A stretch of 64,000 nt of DNA from Trichodelitschia bisporula (GCA_010356995.1 ML996687.1:435803-499802); one strand, 5' to 3'; counted from the first letter of the stretch, positions 13,801 to 25,861 are shown. Numbers and translations: made by a program. Notes: generated by a model not told the origin, from the sequence alone.

Positions 13801-14834
13801 GTTTGCGCGCGAGAGAAGTTCTATGACGCTCTGCACCTCTTGGTCGCCGGTGAGACGTGCCTGCGCAGCGACGAGTCCTGGATTACTGGCAGACCAGCCG
13901 AGTTTATCGCGCATGAAATCAATGGAGCGTTTGAGCACGTTTTGTCGGTTGTGGATGGAATCTTCGCTCTGGTGGGCGAAGGAGAAGGAGTGCAATGACT
14001 CGGAAGGAAATCGGTTGAGGTCTTCGAGGGTGTTAAGTACAGGCGACGCAGGGCCCGAAGGAATTGGTGGGGCCGACGTAACGCGCGACGCAGGTACCCC
14101 AAGGTTTAAAGACCCAGAGCGCGATGTTGGCGCCGTGTTTCCCCCGGTACCAGCTGAAGTGCCTCCAGCTCCGCCAGGCGACCACCCCGTTGCCGACGCC
14201 TGAGGCGGTTGTCTGATGCGACGTAGGCCGGAGAGGCCCAAGCCGTGCTCGCCGGCATGCTCTGGTATGATAGGGGATCTAATGAGACGAGACGAAAGCA
14301 AGTCAGCACTCCGTTCCTCTCAATATCATTCCGCTCCATTTTCTCAAACCACGCACTTTGTAAGCAGCTCCAGCTTTGCATTCGCGTCAAACGAGTGCCG
14401 CGCCTTATTCGTACTTATCGACAACGGCGGATACAGAGGAATCGAGGCAAGGTTGCTGGTGCTGTAGTTTTTGGTGATGCGCACTGAGCTGACATTGTTG
14501 CCCGATGGTGGTGCCAGCTTTCGACTGTCTTCTGCGGGTGCCGGTTGTTGTTGATTCGCGCCTGTGGAGATATCTCATGTCAGTATCTAGGCCTTTTCGT
14601 GGTGTAGCTTCTTTTCGTCTGATGTGTAAAAGGGAGTGGCGGCAAAGGAAAAAGGGGAGACGAGACAAGAGACAAGAGACAAGAGACATCTGAGCCTCTC
14701 CCTCCCTCCCCCCCCCCCCATTCTCACATGCCACGCTGCACCCGCCCAACGGCAACAAACAGGCGTGTCTCGGGAAGCATGCAGGGCGCGACCTGGGTTG
14801 GCTCACCATTGTCTTCTAACGGGCTCATCACCAT
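10838..14834 (-). CDS. PAS-domain serine/threonine kinase (PASK/Psk1/Ppk6-like)
   Basis: Kinase motifs MGQGAYGQV, VHRDIKDENV, IDFGSA, GTI|DYAAPE; PAS-like region AANDLACLVFG. Inferred exons 14834-14807 (MVMSPLEDNG), 14561-14357, 14278-11187, 11124-10838, which keep one open frame. Confidence 0.9.
14657..14719. repeat. Simple repeats (GAGACAA)n and a C12 homopolymer inside the first PAS-kinase intron
   Basis: gagacaagagacaagagacaagagacat followed by ccctccctcccccccccccc. Confidence 0.8.
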
Positions 14835-16171
14835 CGAGTCCTGCTCACAGCACGGCGCAGACTCCTACTACACAAGACTGGAGTGTAGTGACGAGTGTTC
14901 CGGAAGCGGGATTGCAGGGAATCAGAGTGGGAAGTGCGGATGACGGAGGGGTGCGGTGCGTTACATGCGGAGAGGAGCGGGTTAGGCGAGACGTGAAGCT
15001 GGACCCCCACGGGACGAGAGAGGGGTTTTGAGAGGCGGGCCGAGAGGTGAAGGTTTGCTGGCAGACGACGTGGACAGGCGCAGGGGTGCGGGCTGGAGGG
15101 TGGAGGCGACGAGAGTGTGGTTAATCTATTGTTGCTGTGGGAGAGAAAGATTTTAGAGGCGCGGAGGTGTGAGGTTGAGGTGGGGGAGTTGGGTGGGTTG
15201 TTCGGGTGAGGTGAGGGCGGCGCGGGCAGTGCAGGCGGTGCGGGTAGGTCGAGTAATGCTGAGAAGCACGCGGCGCGCAGTAGGAATACTCGTAGGCGAA
15301 GATTAAGAGGTGTAGCTTCACGCAATGGTAAGAGACATATGCAACTCTTTATAAAACAGAGTCACTCGACAACACAGCGTGAGAGCAGGAGAGTCAGGCG
15401 TCGACCAGCTGACTGTCGACCAAAGCGGAAGTGCGCGATGGTTGTGCGATGGTGGGGGCATCAAAAGAGGGGGAGTTCTACGACATCTCGCTTTATATTG
15501 TAAGTGGACGATGCAGTACATGAGCGAGTGACAGTCGGCGGAAAGCAAGTCTTCGTCATCGTGATCGACGGCGTTCGCCAGCCACAATGAATCCACCTAC
15601 GTGTGCCGCGATACTCATCATCAACATCCATCGTATGGTCGTCTTTCAATCCTCTTCACACAGACTCTTTCCTTCCCCTCTTTTTCTCTCCTCCCGACGG
15701 ACAGAGCACGAGGCGGATGAAGCACACGCGGCACCGTGCCGCCAGAAACAGGCCCAACAAAGCAAGCCCGAAAAGCCACAAGCTCACGGGGCCACCTGAT
15801 GCCGTTGTCGCACATTCGCCGGAGCGCCTCTCCGCCCGCCTCTCCGCCCGCTATCCCGGTTTCGAACCCTTCAGCCGCACTAAGCGCGTAGTACCGGCCT
15901 GCCTTTCAATAATCACATGCCAGATGGGGAGGCCAACATCACAGGCCGATCATATCGAGCCTTGGCCATAACCTTATGGCCATCCGCCGATGACGGAGGA
16001 GCAACAAGAAAATGTCGTTACTAGTACATCTATCGTACAGTACATCAATGGATATCTATCGTTCGCGTGTAAAGAGACCATAGAACACAGCATATCTACA
16101 GAAAGGTTAAGCTAGTAGTATGTCCAGCGTAGGACCAAACCAGCATGTTCAGAAGTGGCCAAACCAGACCA

Positions 16172-18611
16172 TCAGCCGCGCATCATCGCTGCGCGGTTCT
16201 CTTCATAAAATTTGCCGCAAGTGCGATGCATGCTGAGATCTTCGCGCCACCACTCGCCGAACCCATCAAAGTCGTCCATATCGATGCGCTCCAGCCGCTC
16301 AGTGCGATGAAGTCCACAAAGTCCACAGACGTCCCGTTCAACTTCGCCGTTGAAGCTCTTAGAAAATTTGGCATCCAGCTTTGGTGGAACGGCCAGTTCG
16401 GCCTTCTGCTTGAAACCGTGCTTCTTCAAAAGTAACACAGCAGCCCGAACCTTGCCCACGAGCTCAGTCCACTCTTCAATGCAGCTTTGGGCCATCGCAT
16501 CTTGCAGTTCTCTTTCCGGGCGCGCAATGTTCATGAGCTTCATTGAATTCTGACTGCGACCGGCAGGCCCGACACGCATGTTGTTCTGAAGATGTGTATC
16601 CCGGTGCCAGCGAAACTCGCGGCCTGTGACGATCCGGGCGCAGACACGAACGAGTTCGAGGTAGCCAATGATGTAATGGAGGGTGATTTCCGAACTGTAT
16701 GCCTCATCGCGGCCATCCGGTGAAAGGGTGGCCACTTGTCGGAGAAATTTGTCTTGAATCGAAGCCAAAAGGGGCGGGAAAATGCTGAGTATCTGTCCAG
16801 GGGGGGGGATGTCCGTGGGAGGACCTGTTCGTAAGCGGGGGTCAGGTTTGGAGAGAGGAGATACAAAGTTCTCGAGAGCTTGAAGATCCTTTTTGCTGGG
16901 TTCTGGGCTGTCCCAATCCCCCCAGTCATCGACATCATCCAAAGTACCGCCCTGAGTCGTCTGTGGGAGACGAGATGTCGGCTCAGGTGCGGTATCGAGA
17001 TCCTTATTGATGGTCAGCCTTCACCTTCTCGGGCTCGTGCGGCACGATTTTGATCGTCACCTTCTGACCACGCGGGGCATCATAATTCCCCCAGGTATTA
17101 ATATCATACCGGGGTGAGATCCCACCCGACGGTGGACGAGAAGGCGGTGCGTTGAGCGAACGAGAAGACGGTGCGTTGAGTGAACGAGAAGACGGCACAC
17201 TGACTGGAGTACGAGATGTGCTCTTCTTGAGAGCGCGTGTATTTGGAAACTCGGGACCACACGGGACTGCTTTGCTGTACGGCTCAGGGCCCAACGGAGC
17301 GCGAGCATAGGCCTCAACCTGGCTGCCCGCAGTGAAGCCGTGCTGAGCCATGTATTTATTGGCCTCCTGCTGAGCTGCCCGCAGAGCTGCCAGCTTGGCA
17401 TCCTGGGGAGCCTTTTCGTTGAGCGGAGGAGGGCCCTCCATTTTCAGTTTTGGCACCTGGCTCTTGTACGAAGGAATGAAGAATGGACGCTTGGCATCGA
17501 AAGCAGAGGAGCGTACCTTGGGAGGCGCATTTTCGGTAGTGCGCGGCTCAGACGGCCGGTTAGCAGGCACAGACAGAGGCAGCGCCCACGGACCAGATGT
17601 GACATGCGGAGACTGGGTATTCGGGACAGGCGCGGCACGCAGGGCCGCTGTCGAAGTGTTCGATGTCGGCTCGTCGATGTCCCAGATGGAGGATGACTGC
17701 TCCACCTTGGGTTTGCTCTTGAGCTTGTCGGGCAAGAAAATGAAACCGGCAGGGTTCGTGACCGTCTGGAGGAACACATCTGTGGGAATCTTGATGATAC
17801 CAGGGCGACTCGCCGTGCCTGCATGAGGCGTTGGCATGGAAGGCGAAGGCGCGCCCCCGGCCTTAGAGGCACTCGATGCCGAAACATTATCTTCTTGCGC
17901 GACGTTCAAGCTCAATTGATTGCTGACCGAAGCGGTATACGGCTGTGTTGGCCATGGATCGCTGATCATCTCAGAGCTGGCAGCACTGAAGCTAGATTTC
18001 GCCGGTTCCGCATCGGAAGGACGAAAGCCATGATTATCGAAGTCGAGAAGATCCCCGAAGTCGCTCGTCGGCTGCTTTCCCTTACCCTGGGGAGTCTGGG
18101 GCTTGAATTCCGTGCCCTTGAAGGCATCGAAGGGATCCTTGGAGACATCTTGCTTCTTGATCGTCACGGGATCCGGATTTTCGCCCACGAAGTCGCCAAA
18201 GTCGTCATCTTCATCAGTAGCTTCTGCATCGGCGTCAAAGAGAACGTCGGAATCCTTTTGGACGCTGGAAGAACCCTGTCTGCGAGTCAGCGGGGAAATT
18301 GGGGGGTTGATATGATGATTTACGAGATTGCGTGCGGTCGTAGTGGCGACAGGGGCGGCGGGAGCGGACCAGTCACCCCAATCGTCGTCGTCAGCTATGG
18401 CTGCCTTCGCATCCTTCTTCTTCTCCGGGGTTGGGAAGCCATCAATTAACTTCTGTTGATGCGACGTACTGGGACACGGATTGCTTGCGATCGAATCGAA
18501 GGCAGAGAGCGGATACTTATGAGTAGATCCAGATTTCGAGGCAGTGGGAGGTGTGGAGGACGGTTGAAGATTGAGATCGTTGGCAAATGCAGCGAATAAA
18601 TCCTGCGACAT
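16172..18611 (-). CDS. Uncharacterised protein: acidic, disordered N-terminus plus C-terminal helical domain with C-x2-C...H-x2-C motif
   Basis: ORF 17004-18611 (MSQDLFAAF..., DDDDWGDW, DDDFGDF) and ORF 16172-16942 (PPTDIPPP, RIVTGREFRWHRD, CGLCGL...FGEWW...HRTC) are probably joined by an intron. Candidate acceptor cccacag at ~16961; donor unresolved. Confidence 0.75.
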
Positions 18612-18963
18612 TTTGGCGGTATGTTGGTGAAGTTGGTGTTGTTGTGGGGTTGGAAATGGTGGAGGTGGAGGTGAGGGTTAAACCCGGCGTGGTGGTACTT
18701 GAAGGTGGTCTGTGCGCTAACAGGCGATATATCGAGGAGGGCCGTGAAGCGCTTAGAAGGCAGCCGAGTAGAGGAATCTGATTCGGAAGTCACATGTGGG
18801 ATTCAGAAACGGAAGGTACGATACAGTAGAAGTCATTCCGTCTGATAGATTAAGCTTGCCTAAACCAGACCAGATACCAGCATCCACCGGTACGGGTATC
18901 AGGCTGAGGCTGAGCCTTCAGAGCCTCAATGATCGTGACTACGACTTCATATCAACACACAGC

Positions 18964-20148
18964 TTACTCCCTGTTGAAGTCCACGACAATTCTGCCGGCA
19001 ACCTTCCCATTCTTCAAGTCCTGACACGCATCATTCCATCCCGAAAGCCCGACAACCTTCGGCTCCAGGCGCAGCTTTCCCCTCATCGCAAACTTGAGCG
19101 TCTCATCTACATCCCCCATGTTCGACACCAACGTCCCCTTGATGCATTGATTCCGGAATGCCATCTGCGCCGGCACAACCGTCATCTATCGAGCAAGTCA
19201 GCCTCGTCTGCCACTATCCCACACTCGTATAAGCACTCACGTTATTCGTTCCCGCCGACGGCAACGCAATACACATAACCACGCCACCCACGCGACTCCC
19301 GAGATATCCCTGCGCAAGCGGATACGCCTGGGGCGCCGTAACAAACACCCCATGCGCACCAATCCCATCCGTAATCTTGACCACCTCGGCAACCGCATCC
19401 TTACTCTCCCTAAAGTCAACGAACACCTCCGCCCCCAACTTCAGCGCCAACGCCTTCCTCTCCGCCCCGGTGTCGACAACAATAGGCCGCAACCCCATCG
19501 CCTCAGCAAGCTGCACGCCCTGGATCCCAACGCCGCCGCCGCCGCCGGGGAAAACAGCCCACTGCCCAGGGCGCAGACCCGACGTTTTGAGCGACGTATA
19601 AATGGTGCTGGCGGAGCACATGATGGGGCCAGCGACCTCATCGGACACTCCCTCCGGAATGATAGTGGTGTAGCGCTCGGGCGAAGCGACGTACTGCTGG
19701 TACGAACCAGCGACATGCAGCCCCGTAAACTGCGCATCCGCACAATAGCACTCCTTGTCCGTACGGCACAGCTCGCAGCTTCCGCACGTGTCCCAGATAG
19801 GCTTAAGCCCAGCCCTCTGCCCGACCTTGAGCTTCTTCACCTGCTCGCCGACTTTGACGATCACGCCGGCACCTTCGTGGCCAGCGCAGCGCGTGCCGAA
19901 GTCGCTCATTTTGCCCATGCCCCAGTCGGCCATCATGTAGTGTAGGTCGGAGTGGCAGATGCCGGTTGCGTTGAGCTTGATCAGGACGTCCTCAGGTCCT
20001 ACCCGGGTTAGCTTCGTGTGAACTGGGGGAGAGTGGAAGTACCGATCTCCGGGACGGGCACGTCTTGCACCTCGACTCTGAAGTCCGGGCCTTCGTTGAC
20101 GACGACGCCGGCTTTGCATGTCTTGGGGATATCGTATGAAGGTGCCAT
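18964..20148 (-). CDS. Zinc-dependent (MDR family) alcohol dehydrogenase
   Basis: CHSDLH, GHEGAG, structural-Zn CGSCELC...C, GGGGGVG, GRIVV. Introns 19999-20042 and 19186-19240. Confidence 0.93.
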
Positions 20149-20795
20149 CTTGTCTCTTGAGTGAAGCAAATGCTGTTGAATTGGTTCAAGTCCACGGTCC
20201 CGACATCCCTAGATACTATATACTCCATTTCCCCGCCTTCTCCCCACAAAGAGGGGTAAGTAGGGTAGCGCAAGGAAACACGCATCCGCCGTGACACGGC
20301 ATCGAGAGCCGCGCCCCTCACGCCGATCCGCGTCGCGGGGTAGAGAACGGGCCAATCGGGCGCATATGAAGAGGAGGATGACGCGGCTGCGGTGCTCTTG
20401 TTGCAGACTAACGGACATAAACCTCAGCTAGGGTTGCTAGGTGTTGTGCGGGGAACAGAGGTGGAGAAGTGGGCGGACGCGGGGGATACGGGGTGAGACC
20501 GCGGCATGTCGTGCAGTCGCGGGGCTGCGGGTAGCGTAGCCTGTGCGGGATGTGATGCAAGGTTGCGTAGGTGCTGCAGTGCGATGCGACATGACAGTTC
20601 TCGCCGAATAGTTCTGGAAAACGGCGGGCAGAGCATTGCCTGTGTCTGGCCGCTGGTAATGATAAATGGAGTTGAGATCTGTTCTGGGATACGTCGTCCT
20701 AATATTAAGTTCTATCAACCAAACAAGCTCCTATATCAGCCAATACCCCAAAAGCAGTTGAGATCCCGGGATATGCAGTCCCGACTCCAATGCTA

Positions 20796-21846
20796 TCATT
20801 GAAGAAAGACCCCACCAGCCCAATACCCCAAAAGCCACTCCGCCCCCCAAAGCGGCTGCAAAACACTCCTCATAACCGCCGGGCCCGGACACACACCGCT
20901 CAAACCCCACGAGATGCCAAACACCACCGCCCCCAACAAAAACTTCGCATCAACATCCCACCCGGGCGCAATCGGGAAATTCCACCCCTCACAGTACGCC
21001 GGCTTACACGCCTCCAGCCCGCCGGACATCTGAATAGCCACCAGATTCGGCAAAATCCCACACAGGATCACGAGGCTCAGACTCGGATCCCACCGACTCG
21101 CATCGAAGGGCCGCAGACCCAGTGCGAAGAAACCTTGCACCTTCGCTGGGTCTGCCATGCCGGATATTAACAGGCCGAGTCCAAATGTCAAGCCTGTGAT
21201 AACCGCCGTCGTCTTCTCTGGCGCCACGCTCCCCGCCAACGCGCGCGGCAGTGTCCGCACCGCCCCGATTGCGCCAGCCGTAAGCCCCACCAGCGCCACC
21301 GTCTCGCGGCGTGACGGGTATTCAGGCGTGTAGCACGGTACGGAGGAGTGTCCGCTATGGCAACCGGGTGTCTCGAGCGACGGGTATGCGAGGTGGAAGG
21401 TTGTGAAGGCGGTGGTGAAGAAAGTGGCGGTTGCGACGAGGGAGCGTGGGGACAATCGGCTCAGGCCCGAGAGCATGTGGCCGGAGGTACAGCCGTTGCA
21501 GGACTACGACCGGTTAGTGAAGCGCGAGAGAGGGTGTGGAGATGCGGCTTACCTTGGTTCCCCAGCCGGTGAGTGCGCCGGAGATGAGGGCTAGGAGCGC
21601 GCTGTGCAGTGTTGCGCCCGCGCCTGGGAGGTAGTGCGGGAGGTGTTCGGGGGCGAAGATGCGCAGCGGGATGTACGCTGCGCCCATGCCGAGGAGGAAG
21701 AGGCCTGGTGCATCGAAGGTTCGGTTGCCGAGTAGTTTGCGCAGGAAGCCAGAGACGCCGAGAATGGAGCCATTGTTGAAGAGAAGAGTTGTGGTTGCTT
21801 GGTGGAGGAGCAAAGCTCCTAGAGCCGTTTCAACGGGGGTAAACAT
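20796..21846 (-). CDS. YeeE/YedE family (sulfur/thiosulfate transport) integral membrane protein
   Basis: MFTPVETALGA..NGSILGVSG, spliced GWGTK|SCNGCTSGHMLSGLSRLSPRS (intron 21504-21552), FGLGLLISGMADPAKVQGF, WDPSL, GVCPGPA. Confidence 0.9.
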
Positions 21847-22675
21847 GGTGGTTGGAATCAGAACCGAGAGGGAACTGATGGTCCAAAAGTTGAGATGGGA
21901 GATGGGGATTCATTGGTGGCGGCGCGGCCTTTTATCCTCTTCCCTTCGTCCTCGTAAGGTGAGGGGCGGCGCCAGTCCAGGGACAGAAGGATGGCGATGG
22001 CATATGTCATCTGTGGCTCCAATTGGTGCTATCCTTACCTAAGCTTGGCCTTCGAGAACATTGCCCCTTGGGGGTTCAAAGGGACAGCCTCACACATCAG
22101 TTGGCTATTCCGAGAAGCCTTCGCTCCATAGATTCATGATGGCAAGTTACTATCGCTACATCTGCTGTACAGCTTCTCTCAGCCGCACCTCCGTAGCCTT
22201 CAGCTATACGAAGCGCCACTTTGAAGTGCTGTCGTATCCGTCCACCAGATGTGACAACACGAGATCTGGCATGCGTGTTGTACCGTATCCGAGCCTGTGC
22301 ATTTATTCTCTCTCAACCCTGAGGGTAGACCCACTGTAAGTACTTGACAGTGAAAGCATGTAACCAACGCAAAACCAAAGCCAACATCTTCCAAAGTACC
22401 GGGACTCGTTCCAAAGCATGCATGAAGGCCTTCCATTCCCTAGAGCCCCAGTACTTCAGTAAACCATCGTGATGAGTGCCTTCATAGTAACGCAAGCCAC
22501 TCAGAGTTCAAGTGAAAGTTGTTCGTCTAATCCGTATGTTCTACCATGACGATTTGTCCAATCGGTGGATGTACAAAGCTTCCATTAGAAACCAAAGTCT
22601 GACATTCGTTCCGAGTCGACCCATAACGCCGGATATCAATGCATGCAGCCGTACCGTGGAAATGCTCCCATCCCT

Positions 22676-23486
22676 CTAAGAAACGCTGAACGACTCCCCA
22701 CACCCACACTGCTCAGCTATCACCAGTCAGTAAACGCCCAATACCAGTCAACCACCAATACTCACTAATATTCGGATTCCGAAACGTAAACCTCGCATTG
22801 AGCTTATCCTCCACCCAATCCATCTCACTCCCAAGCACCTTCATCAACGCCTTCGAATCAATAAGCACCTTCACCCCATCCTGCTCCACCTGCTCGTCGA
22901 ACCGCGCCGGTGTGTCCACGTACTCGAGGTGATATGCCGAGCCAGAACAGCCCTTGCTCTTCACGCCTACCCGGATAAGCTTCGGCTCGGGTGAATCCAG
23001 CAGCTCGCGCAGGTGCTCCACGGCCGAAGGTGTGAGCGTCATCGCCGCTTTGCGCATGCGCAACTTGCTCCGTGGGCGCTGCTTTGGCGCTGCGTCTGCT
23101 GCAGGCAGAGCCGCAGGTGTAGTTGTAGTCGCAGCCGTAGACGCAGCCGCAGCCGAGGTTGTAGCCGTATCCGCAGCCGCAGCCGCCGCCGTCCTCCCCG
23201 CAGCCTTGCCCTCCGCGCCCTGACTCATCCCCGCGGGACTCATCCCCGGCGCAGTCGGCGCATCAAGCGGCTTCGGCTTCGATCCCAGCGTTTGAGGAAG
23301 CGTATATCTCGCAAAACGATCGGGCGGCGGGGGCGTCCTGGCCGGGGCTCGGGATTCGGTCATGAGCGCGCGGCGGTGAGTGGAGGTGCGGGTTGAGGCG
23401 CTGAAGGAGCGGAGGCAGCGCGGGCATTGGGTACGGAGGGAGGAGGATGCGTGGCGGAGGAGGGAGGGGGCGAGGGGGAGTGCCAT
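22676..23486 (-). CDS. ISA1: Mitochondrial A-type Fe-S cluster assembly protein ISA1
   Basis: Arg/Ser-rich presequence, GVKSKGCSG motif; intron 22717-22765 restores the C-terminal NPNITEQCGCGESFSVS*. Confidence 0.93.
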
Positions 23487-24197
23487 CGTGTGTGTATCGT
23501 TGTGGGATCGGTGGTAGGGTGGGTTGTGAGGGAGGAGGTGAGATTGTTGTAGGTTTGGTGGTGGTGAGGATTGCGGCGAAAAACGGACATTCGGTCATCG
23601 ATTGGTGGTGTGGCCAATCAGCAGGAGGGCTTTTGTCAATGTGGCGCGGGTGGTGAGGCTGCGGTGAATTTGGTCGTGCACCGCCACAATTGTGGAGGGC
23701 TGACTATTGTTCTGTCATCACTTCAGTCTTGAGCTCTACTGGACTCACGGTTGAAGAAAGAAACTCTGATGGTGTTAACCAAAGTGTTTTTATCTCTCTA
23801 TGGCCTCAGGTAGCCCGAACAGGTTCGTGAGTTGAACTTGATACCCGGAGAAGCCTTGTTAGGTCATTCTGCACTGCGACCACGTTCAAAGGGATCATTG
23901 ATTCATATTCTCATAAATCCACATCGATGCAGGAAACATGACGGATGCAACCCCCAGACGCCGACTATGCTCCCCGTTAGATCCTGAAATAGAAAGCAAT
24001 TGCCAACAGCCATCCTCTAGCTCCGCCAGTTTGCAGAGCCCGACCAGGCCGAGGGCCTAAGGCCATATGCCCAAGTCCGCTCTATGGGGTTTGCCAGAAC
24101 ACATAAGCAGCTTTTGCCGGGAACAGTCTCGGAGGAACAATGCACTTCGACTCTGACAACGCTCCCGTCATTCACCCGCATGGAGCATTGCGCCTTC

Positions 24198-24968
24198 TCA
24201 CCCTTGCACCTCAATCCTGCGGAGCTCCGTTTCCACCACCGCATTCAGGGGGCGGTCGAGCACGCTATAGAACTCTGTGCTACCCACACTGCAATAAAGG
24301 ATAATGATGCGCTTCAGGCTGAGAACACTACCCGCAATCTCCTGTACGAGCCACCGCAGAACAGCAGTATGATCGGCCCAAAAGATCAAGTTGCTGTCCG
24401 GTGAATGGCAGAGGCACATCTGTAGATAAACCGTGTCAAGGTGCAGCGGCAACTTGGCCCAGTGTTCCCGATTTTCCGTTGCTAACGAGCGCGAAATTTG
24501 CAGGTAGTCACGAACCACCAGCGTGTCGATCCTGAACAAGGGGAGGATATCGCGGGGGGTACGACCGAGGCGTGCTTGTGCAAGTGGAAGCACAGAGAGC
24601 TGCCCCTCCTCAGGGAGCCACTCTGGGGCAACGAGCCTTATACGGAGAGCCAGGCCCCGGCACTCATGGTAGAGCTTGCGGCAGACAAGCAGGAGATAGG
24701 TATTGACGTTCAGGTCCTCGTCCTGCTGGATGGTGCGTAGGTGGTCGGCGGTCGAGACAGGGACAAGGATGTTGGCGTATATCATGTTCCGGATCTCACC
24801 CGGAATGTCGAGAAGTGAGGCCGGCGGGTATTTTGTTGCTGCAGGGGCGTGGACTGGAGGAGTGGGGTAGTCGGCGGGTGATGGCGCTTGTTCCATGAAA
24901 TCTTCTTCCTCCGTGGAATCTGCTTCCTCCAGGGAATCTTCTTCCTCCATGAGATCTTCTTCCTTCAT
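24198..24968 (-). CDS. Hypothetical protein with F-box-like motif and acidic N-terminal 6-aa repeats
   Basis: ASLLDIPGEIRNMIY...LLLVCRKLYHE is typical of fungal F-box-like orphan proteins. The 3' end may be spliced differently. Confidence 0.65.
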   Translation of the reverse strand: MKEEDLMEEEDSLEEADSTEEEDFMEQAPSPADYPTPPVHAPAATKYPPASLLDIPGEIRNMIYANILVPVSTADHLRTIQQDEDLNVNTYLLLVCRKLYHECRGLALRIRLVAPEWLPEEGQLSVLPLAQARLGRTPRDILPLFRIDTLVVRDYLQISRSLATENREHWAKLPLHLDTVYLQMCLCHSPDSNLIFWADHTAVLRWLVQEIAGSVLSLKRIIILYCSVGSTEFYSVLDRPLNAVVETELRRIEVQG

Positions 24969-25861
24969 GAAATCTCCTTATTTGACGAAAAGGCTTGATT
25001 ATGTGTCGAGAGAACTTGTGGAGACGGCCGGTGATGAATATATGTCCAATTCGCCGAGCGCCGCGACTGATACTGCACCGCCACAGACGACAGCAACCGA
25101 AGAACTGAGGAAGTCACGAGTTGCAATGCACTTGAGGAGGGTACGAGTGCAGTGAGTTCTGCCTTGGACATAGTCAGCCGTGTCTCGACGGAGAGTGAGA
25201 GAAAGGAAGGAAGAGAAACAACCTCAGCTGTCAATACCGTTCATCAAGACAACGAAATGGGCGTCGAGCTGGCGTCGAGCTGTAGATAGTTTCAAGGCCT
25301 AGAAAGCGGAACTGAAGATTAGATCGAAGCTCCTATAGTTGGTCTTGCCGGGAGATACCTTTATGGTGGGATGTCAAGTATTGCTGAGGTTGAGAGTGTT
25401 CGTTATCATTGAAGTTGCAGTGCGTTGTTTAGGAGAGCTGTCGTTTGCAACGGAATCGTTCTTAAGCCGACCCCGCTGTGACCGTGACGCGGCTTCCAAC
25501 GTGGCAGCCCTGTATTGCGCGTCTGTTGAACAAGCCATCTGTCCGTCTTTTCCCTTTCCAGGTTAGTCCATGGCATCAGGAGATGGTGGGGCTTTGCCTG
25601 TATCTGGCAACTTGACATGTGCTACTATGGTCAGGTCAGCCTCGCCGACATTTGCTTGAATCTAATCCAGAGCTCGCAGTATCATCAGGACGCCTAAGGG
25701 AGTTTAGTACACAAACAGGCATAGTCTGTCATATCCTGGTCTCGCAATATTGATGTGGATTCGTGCCAACAGCTGAACAGGTGGCAGCAACCAGTATTCA
25801 GATACGGTATTTCAGCCTCACAGCCAGCCTTCACTTCCAGCAGCGGCGCCTGCGAGTCCAT

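Noticed and set aside
15318..15971. Short ORFs upstream of the PAS kinase
   Set aside because: I could not assemble a plausible gene; they overlap the inferred promoter.
20740..20835. 16-nt duplication CCAATACCCCAAAAGC at the YeeE 3' end
   Set aside because: A single local duplication with no transposon ends or array structure.
22200..22495. Protein-like short ORF (YYEGTHHDGLLKYW...)
   Set aside because: No AUG start in context and no family recognised; could be a relic but unsupported.
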